From an uncultured Haloferula sp. (lineage in GTDB: Bacteria; Verrucomicrobiota; Verrucomicrobiia; Verrucomicrobiales; Akkermansiaceae): DNA of 64,000 nt. A model generated the notes under the pieces. That model was not told the origin of the DNA. It made no database searches and saw only the letters and a list, made by a program, of their open reading frames with translations. The stretch lies in contig CBFGTS010000001.1 of the NCBI GenBank assembly GCA_965652295.1, positions 192,001 to 256,000 of the forward strand, read 5' to 3'. Position numbers and translations under genes: made by a program. This document shows, one piece after another, positions 57,855 to 64,000 of this stretch (within the stretch, counting starts at the first letter, position 1; every line of letters starts with the position of its first letter).

Positions 57855-60578
57855 TCAGTTCGCGACGATGTTCACCAGGCGTCCGGGGACGACGATGATC
57901 TTGCGGATGGTCTTGCCGGCGAGTTGCTCCTGGACCTTGTCGGTTGCCTGGGCGGCGGCTTCGATGTCTTCCTTCGGTGCGTCTTTTGGGACGGTGATCT
58001 TGTCGCGGAGCTTGCCGTTGATTTGGACGACGATCTCGATCTCCGACTCGATGAGCGCGGCTTCGTCGTGCTGCGGCCAGGGTTGCTTGGCGAGCTGGCC
58101 GGAGTTGCCGATGAGGCGGTGGATTTCCTCACTCAGGTGAGGAGCGAAGGGGTTCAGGACACTGAGGAGCAGGGTGAACTCTTTCAGCGGGACGACCTCG
58201 GCGGCGGTGAAGGCGTTGGTGCAGACCATCATCTGCGAGATGGCGGTGTTGAAGGACATGCGGGCGATGTCGTCGGTGACCTTCTTGACGGTCTCGTGGA
58301 CGACCTTGAGCAGGGCCTTGTCGGTGCAGGGGACGTCCTGGAGTTTTTTGGAAACGGTCCACTCGCCGGCCTGGTCCTGTTCCATGGCCACGCGCCAGAC
58401 GCGGGCGAGGAAGCGGGAAACGCCTTCGACGCCTTTCATCTGCCACGGCTTCACTTCGGTGAGCGGGCCCATGAACATTTCGTAGAGGCGCAGGGCATCG
58501 GCCCCGTACTCGCGGACGACTTCGTCGGGGTTGACGACGTTGCCGCGGGACTTGGACATTTTCTGCCCGTCCTCGCCGAGGATGAGGCCCTGGTTGACGA
58601 GCTTCTGGAAGGGCTCGTTGGTGGAAAGGTGGCCGAGGTCGTGGAGGACCTTGTGCCAGAAGCGGGCGTAGAGGAGGTGGAGGACGGCGTGCTCGGTGCC
58701 GCCGACGTAGAGATCGACCATGCCGGTCGCGCTGCGCGCGGAGTGATCAGTGCCGAGTGCCGAGTGATCAGTGGAACTCTTGCCGGCGACGCCGGACCAG
58801 TATTGTTCCGCTTCGCGGGAGATGAAGCGGTCGTTGTTACGGGGATCGCAGTAGCGGAGGTAGTACCAGCAGGAGCCGGCCCACTGGGGCATGGTGTTGG
58901 TTTCGCGCTCGAACTCGTCGCTGTAGGCGATCCAGTCGGTGGCCTTGACCAGCGGCCCGCGGGGGTCGCCGGTGGGCTTGAAGTCCTCCATTTCGGGCTG
59001 GAGCAGGGGCAACTCGCTCTCAGGGAGAGGCTCGTGATCGCCGGTTTCCTTGTTCCAGAGGAGCGGGAAAGGCTCGCCCCAATAGCGCTGGCGGCTGAAC
59101 AGCCAGTCGCGGAGCTTGTAGTTGATGCGGCGGACGCCTTTGCCCTCGGACTCGAGTTCAGCAATAATTCTCTGTTGAGCAATTGAAACGGGGAGTTCCG
59201 AATAGTTCCCAGAGTTTTTCAGGATTCCAGCAAGACTCGTAAACGGTTTTTCAATCGACCAAATCTCTACAATTTTGCCGTTTTCGTCCACTCGATGAGC
59301 TTCGTGTGGCTTCGATAGGCCCAAGTCCTTTCCAGTTGGGAAAACCGGATCTACGAAGATCCAATCTGAGTTGGGTTCAACAACCTCGCGTATCTCCAAT
59401 CCAAAATTCGTGGCAAATTCGCGATCTCTTATGTCGTGGGCGGGGACGGCCATGATGGCTCCGGTGCCGTAGCCCATCATGACGTAGTCGGCGATCCAGA
59501 TGGGGATGCGCTGGTCGTTGACGGGATTGATGGCATACGCGCCGGTGAAGACGCCGGACTTGTCCTTGTTGAGGTCGCCGCGTTCGAGGTCGGACTTGCT
59601 GGCGCAGGTCCGGACGTAGTTCTCGACCGCTTCCTTTTGTTCCGCGGTGGTGATTTCCGCGACGAGCGGGTGCTCGGGGGCGAGGACCATGTAGGTGGCA
59701 CCGAAAAGGGTATCGGGGCGGGTGGTGAAGACGGTGATCTGGGCTTGGCGGATGGAATCCGCCGCCACGTTGAAGTGCACTTCCGCGCCCTCGCTGCGGC
59801 CGATCCAGTTCTTTTGCAGGAGCTTGATGCCTTCGGGCCAGTCGAGCGGGTCGAGGTCGTCGATGAGGCGCTGGGCGTACTTGGTGATGCGGAGCATCCA
59901 CTGGCGCAGCGGCCGGCGCTCGACGGTGTGGCCCTTGGATTTCCATTCCTCGACTTCCTCGTTGGCGAGGACGGTGCCGAGATCGGGCGACCAGTTGACG
60001 GGGGCCTCGTGGATGTAGGCGAGGCGAACGGCGTCGATCTGCTCGCGGGTCCAGCCTTTCTTCTCCAGCTCGGAAACGGGAGCTGCCTTGCCGGTTTCTT
60101 CGTCGAAGTAGGACTTGTAGAGCTGGAGGAAGATCCACTGGGTCCAGCGGACGTATTCGGGATCGGTGGTGGCGATCTCGCGATCCCAGTCGTAGCCGAA
60201 GCCGAGGGACTTCAGCTGGCGGCGGAAGTTCTCGATGTTGGCCTCGGTGGTGAGGCGCGGGTGTTGGCCGGTTTTGATGGCGTACTGCTCGGCAGGCAGG
60301 CCGAAGGAGTCCCAACCCATCGGGTGGAGGACGTTGAAGCCCTGGCGCAGCTTGGTGCGGCCGATGATGTCGGTGGCGGTGTAGCCCTCGGGATGGCCGA
60401 CGTGGAGGCCGCTGCCGGAGGGATAGGGAAACATGTCGAGGACGAAGAACTTCGGTTTCGAGGGGTCGAAATCCGGATCGCCGGGGTTCGGGGTGCGGAA
60501 GGTTTTTTCCGCGTCCCAGAGCTGCTGCCAGCGCGGCTCGAAGTCATCGAAAGGGAAGGGCTTGCGGCGGTCGGACAT
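57855..60578 (-). CDS. leuS: Leucine--tRNA ligase
   Basis: [43 protein letters not shown]. Confidence 0.97.
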   Translation of the reverse strand: MSDRRKPFPFDDFEPRWQQLWDAEKTFRTPNPGDPDFDPSKPKFFVLDMFPYPSGSGLHVGHPEGYTATDIIGRTKLRQGFNVLHPMGWDSFGLPAEQYAIKTGQHPRLTTEANIENFRRQLKSLGFGYDWDREIATTDPEYVRWTQWIFLQLYKSYFDEETGKAAPVSELEKKGWTREQIDAVRLAYIHEAPVNWSPDLGTVLANEEVEEWKSKGHTVERRPLRQWMLRITKYAQRLIDDLDPLDWPEGIKLLQKNWIGRSEGAEVHFNVAADSIRQAQITVFTTRPDTLFGATYMVLAPEHPLVAEITTAEQKEAVENYVRTCASKSDLERGDLNKDKSGVFTGAYAINPVNDQRIPIWIADYVMMGYGTGAIMAVPAHDIRDREFATNFGLEIREVVEPNSDWIFVDPVFPTGKDLGLSKPHEAHRVDENGKIVEIWSIEKPFTSLAGILKNSGNYSELPVSIAQQRIIAELESEGKGVRRINYKLRDWLFSRQRYWGEPFPLLWNKETGDHEPLPESELPLLQPEMEDFKPTGDPRGPLVKATDWIAYSDEFERETNTMPQWAGSCWYYLRYCDPRNNDRFISREAEQYWSGVAGKSSTDHSALGTDHSARSATGMVDLYVGGTEHAVLHLLYARFWHKVLHDLGHLSTNEPFQKLVNQGLILGEDGQKMSKSRGNVVNPDEVVREYGADALRLYEMFMGPLTEVKPWQMKGVEGVSRFLARVWRVAMEQDQAGEWTVSKKLQDVPCTDKALLKVVHETVKKVTDDIARMSFNTAISQMMVCTNAFTAAEVVPLKEFTLLLSVLNPFAPHLSEEIHRLIGNSGQLAKQPWPQHDEAALIESEIEIVVQINGKLRDKITVPKDAPKEDIEAAAQATDKVQEQLAGKTIRKIIVVPGRLVNIVAN
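58742..58776. repeat. Five tandem AGTGnnn heptamers in frame within leuS
   Basis: AGTGATC AGTGCCG AGTGCCG AGTGATC AGTGGAA; encodes [12 protein letters not shown]. Confidence 0.75.
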
Positions 60579-60755
60579 GGTCGGAAAAAGTTCGGAGTTT
60601 CCCTTGAGGGGGCGCGGAAATTGGCCAAAGGGGCCGGATTTGAAAAGGAAAACTCCCGCTGCGCCGCAGGGTGGCGTCGGGAGGAGCGCGCGGTTTTTCC
60701 GGTTGCGGCATCGGGAGGCCCCTCTTTCTTTGGGATGGCTCCCGCGCTGCCAATC

Positions 60756-61157
60756 ATGCCCATCCCCTCTGCCCCGTCCCCGAATACCCGCCGATTGAAG
60801 ATCCTCATCGCCGACGATGGTCGCAACGCTGCGGACGTGATGGGGCTGTTTTTCGAGCTGGAAGGCCATGAACCCATGGTGGTCTACGATGGCGGGGCGG
60901 CGGTGGAGGCGGTGAAGGATTTCGGCCCGGACGTGATCGTCATGGACCTGACGATGCCGGGAATCGACGGACTGGAAGCCGCACGGGCGATCCGCCGGCT
61001 GGACCCTGGGAAGCGGCTCCGGATGTATGCCTGCTCTGGAGGTCCGCCGGAGGAGGATGCGCGGCGGGCGAGGGAGGCGGGCTTCGATGGCCACCTGCCG
61101 AAGCCGGTCACGCCGGACATGCTGCGGGAGTTTCTCGCGGCGCAGGCGGCGGGCTGA
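60756..61157 (+). CDS. Stand-alone response regulator receiver protein
   Basis: [26 protein letters not shown]. Confidence 0.88.
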   Translation: MPIPSAPSPNTRRLKILIADDGRNAADVMGLFFELEGHEPMVVYDGGAAVEAVKDFGPDVIVMDLTMPGIDGLEAARAIRRLDPGKRLRMYACSGGPPEEDARRAREAGFDGHLPKPVTPDMLREFLAAQAAG

Positions 61158-61171
61158 CCCGGTGGGCGCGC

Positions 61172-63478
61172 TCAGTTCATGCTCGGCAGCTCGGGCCGCT
61201 GGCTGGAGAGGGCGGACTTGAGCTTTTTGAGATCGACCGGCTTCGGGATGAGCTCGTCGGCCCCGAGAAGTTTCACTTCCTCGATGCGCTCCGGGCGGAC
61301 GTCGCCGGAGACGACGAAGATGGAGGTGAGCGTCTCGCAGCGGTTTGCCTGGAGGCTCTTGAGAATCTCGGTGCCGTCGAAGTCGGGCAGGTTGAGGTCG
61401 AGCAGAAGAATCTCGGGTTTGCAGCTGGAGAGGAGGTTGAGGGCTTCGCGGCCGGTGGCGGCTTGGAAAACCTGGGCTCCTTCGGCGGCGAGCAGGGTGG
61501 AGGTGGCGGTGCGGGCGGTTTCGTGATCCTCGACGAGCAGAATCCTGACGCCTTCGAGGGACAGCCGGGGCAGCTCGCGGGCGGGGCGGAGGTTCCGTTC
61601 GTGGATCGGGGAAAGATCGTCCTGGGGTTTCCGTTCCGCTTCTTGTGGCTCGGAGCCGGTGGTGAGAAGGGCGGCGGGAATGCGGACGGTGAAGGTGGAG
61701 CCGACGCCGACGAGGCTTTTCACCTCGAGCTTGCAGCCGAGGCTGTCGAGCAGGCGGCGGCAGATGGCGAGGCCGAGCCCGGCGCCCTTGTTGCGGTTCC
61801 GCTCGGGGTTCTGAAGCTGGAAGAACTCGTCGAAGATGCAGTCGATCTTGCTGCCGGGGATACCGACGCCGGTGTCGGCCACGCGCAGGGCGAGCCCGCC
61901 GTCCTCGAGCATTTCGCCGTGCAGGCGCACCTCGCCATGTTCGGTGAACTTGAGCGCGTTGCCCACGAGGTTGCTGATGACGCGGGTCAACTTGGTGCGG
62001 TCCGAGCGCATGCGCAGCGGGGTGGGTGGCAGCTCGACGCGGAGCTGGAGGCCTTTCTTTTCGGCAACGTGCGAAGACTGGCGGGCCTCCGCTTCGATCA
62101 GTTCGGTGAGGGAAAACTCGGTGATGTCGAGGTCGGTCACGCCGGTATCGAAGCGGGTCAGGTCGAGCACGTCGCTGACCAGATCGATCATGGAGCGGGC
62201 GTTGCTGCCGAGGTCGTGGGCGAGCTTGGGCACTTGGTGGAGGCGCTCGGGGTCGTCGGCGCAGCGTTCGATCAGCTCGGCGAGGAGCGAGATGGCGTTG
62301 GCCGGCGTGCGGACGTCGTGGGACACGGCGGCGAGGAAGCGGGACTTCTGCAGCGAGGCCTGCTCGGCAGCGGCCCGCTTTTCCTCAAGCTCCCGCTGGA
62401 ACCGGAGCGATTGCAGGGCGAGCGCGGCCTGGGCGGCGAGCCATTCGATCACGCGGAAATCGTCCTCGCTCCACCTCCGGGGGGTGTTGCTGAAGACTTC
62501 CAGAGCGGCGATGACCTTGCCCTGGTACCAGATGGGCGAGCCGAGGATGGCATGAAACGGCCGGCCGGCACCGGGCTTCGGAAGCTGGAGATCTGGGCGC
62601 TGGGCGACGTCTTCGAGGCTCGCGGTACGGCCACTCTCGTAGATGAGCGCGGCAAAGGTCTCGTCGAAGGAGATGTCCGGCGTGACCGCGCCGTGCAGGC
62701 CGAAGCCGGAGTCGCCACGCAGGTGCAATCGCCCGTCCCGGTTTTCCACCACGCAGGAGGCGTGGACGGCGTCGCCGAGGATCTGCAGGGCGGCGTCGCA
62801 GATGCCATTCATTACAACGGCCTCGCTCAGATCGCCGCGCAGCCAGCGGCCGGATTCGAGCAGGATCTGGAGGCCGCGTTCGCGCCGGCTGAGTTCTTCG
62901 TTGGCGTGCTGGAGGTCGGAACTCTGCTGCTCCATTTCCTCGGTCTGCTGGCGTAGTTCCTCGGACTGCTGCTCCAGCTCCTCGGCCTGGCACTGGAGTT
63001 CCTCGTTCTGCCGGCTGATCTCTTCCTCGCGGGCCGCAAGCTCCTCATTGCTGGCGGAGAGTTCCTCGTTGCCCGCTTCGAGCTCGGCATTGAGGTCGGA
63101 AAGCCTGCGGCCTTGGGTGACGAGGCGACGGCGGATGTTCAGAATGACGTGGAAGACGCCGGCGAAAACCCAGATGTCGAGGAGCTGGGTGGCGATGGCC
63201 ACGTTTTCCACCGACCGGGGAAGCGTCTGGTCGGGAATGACCTCGGTGATCTTGTAAACGGTGATCGCGCTGAGGAGCACGGCCATCCCGTAGAGCACGC
63301 GCAGGTCCCGGTTCCAGAGGCAGAGCAGCATCGGGAGGGCGGCGGAGAGGGGGAAGATGCGGTCGTCGAAGATGCTGATACGGGCCCAGATCATCAGGGC
63401 CGCAGCGACCAGGCAGGCGAGGAGCGATACGGGGAGGGAAACCGCGGCTGCAGGGCGGGGGTCGAAATCAGACTTCAT
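61172..63478 (-). CDS. Hybrid sensor histidine kinase (TM, coiled coil, GAF, HisKA, HATPase, REC)
   Basis: [42 protein letters not shown]. Confidence 0.93.
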   Translation of the reverse strand: MKSDFDPRPAAAVSLPVSLLACLVAAALMIWARISIFDDRIFPLSAALPMLLCLWNRDLRVLYGMAVLLSAITVYKITEVIPDQTLPRSVENVAIATQLLDIWVFAGVFHVILNIRRRLVTQGRRLSDLNAELEAGNEELSASNEELAAREEEISRQNEELQCQAEELEQQSEELRQQTEEMEQQSSDLQHANEELSRRERGLQILLESGRWLRGDLSEAVVMNGICDAALQILGDAVHASCVVENRDGRLHLRGDSGFGLHGAVTPDISFDETFAALIYESGRTASLEDVAQRPDLQLPKPGAGRPFHAILGSPIWYQGKVIAALEVFSNTPRRWSEDDFRVIEWLAAQAALALQSLRFQRELEEKRAAAEQASLQKSRFLAAVSHDVRTPANAISLLAELIERCADDPERLHQVPKLAHDLGSNARSMIDLVSDVLDLTRFDTGVTDLDITEFSLTELIEAEARQSSHVAEKKGLQLRVELPPTPLRMRSDRTKLTRVISNLVGNALKFTEHGEVRLHGEMLEDGGLALRVADTGVGIPGSKIDCIFDEFFQLQNPERNRNKGAGLGLAICRRLLDSLGCKLEVKSLVGVGSTFTVRIPAALLTTGSEPQEAERKPQDDLSPIHERNLRPARELPRLSLEGVRILLVEDHETARTATSTLLAAEGAQVFQAATGREALNLLSSCKPEILLLDLNLPDFDGTEILKSLQANRCETLTSIFVVSGDVRPERIEEVKLLGADELIPKPVDLKKLKSALSSQRPELPSMN

Positions 63479-64000
63479 GCGACAGGGGGTGAATCTTTGC
63501 GATAGACGCAGGGGGAAACCCGCTGCAGCCCGTCCACTTGGGGTTTTTCGGCTTTCCCCACGATCAGGAATCCGCCGGGGCGGAGGCAGGTTTCAAGCTG
63601 CAGCCAGAGCTGCTGGGCTTGGTGGGGATGCAGGTAGATGGCGAGATTGCGGCAGAGGATGAGGTCCCAGTCGGAGCCTTCCGGCTGGGCGAGCAGGTCG
63701 GCGAGTTTCCACTCCATGGCGGTGGCGATGGAAGGGTGGAGGCGGCAGTGCTTTTCATCACAGCGCAGAAAGCGCCCGACGAGGTCCGGGAGGAAAAGCT
63801 CTCGGGCTTCCGGGGGATAGATTCCTTCGGCTGCTTGGCGCAGGGCCGAGGGGCGGCAATCGGTGCCCAGAAACCGGCTGCGGTCCAACCCGCCATGTTT
63901 CGCAAACAACATGACCACGGAGGCCAGCTCGGAGCCATCGGAGCATGCGGCGCTCCAGACCCGCGGCTCGTCACGCTGCGTCAGGAGGGCGGGGATGACG
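63475..64000 (-). CDS. CheR-type methyltransferase (5' end outside the window)
   Basis: Frame is open to the window edge: RVWSAACSDGSE, DLILCRNLAIY, LRPGGFLIVGKAE; overlaps the kinase start. Confidence 0.88.
   Translation of the reverse strand, partial: VIPALLTQRDEPRVWSAACSDGSELASVVMLFAKHGGLDRSRFLGTDCRPSALRQAAEGIYPPEARELFLPDLVGRFLRCDEKHCRLHPSIATAMEWKLADLLAQPEGSDWDLILCRNLAIYLHPHQAQQLWLQLETCLRPGGFLIVGKAEKPQVDGLQRVSPCVYRKDSPPVA

Noticed and set aside
59160..59432. Intein or intron in leuS
   Set aside because: Too short, no C/S...HN splice motifs, frame continuous and edges still LeuRS-like
59436..60755. Long N-terminal extension of the 573-aa ORF ending in a receiver domain
   Set aside because: Antisense to leuS; the real gene is the receiver starting at about 60756

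Overview
High-GC bacterial chromosome window. It is most likely Verrucomicrobiota (Haloferula/Luteolibacter-like), inferred from PEP-CTERM proteins, an orphan prepilin-type gene, GTAG/GGAG REP palindromes and a TGTTC-N4-GAACA box. It is densely coding: housekeeping genes (kdsD, tilS, argF/argD/argB, purN, alr, ileS-lspA, uppP, tadA, holA, ald, leuS), a glycan-utilisation region (araA, two GH43, GH38, GH35, GH85, BNR protein), two type II toxin-antitoxin pairs (hicA frameshifted) and two signalling clusters. I found no rRNA, tRNA, CRISPR array or transposase. Most notable: (1) a 172-aa protein carrying plant Whirly ssDNA-binding motifs, just downstream of a perfect Verrucomicrobia-type LexA box; (2) an unannotated Arg-codon leader peptide with alternative terminator/antiterminator structures upstream of the DMT-argD-argF operon; (3) a single-chain MbnP-MbnH fusion missed by the ORF track; (4) a sharply bounded low-GC in-frame patch and a heptamer repeat inside leuS. 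All calls come from reading motifs by eye; no database searches were run.
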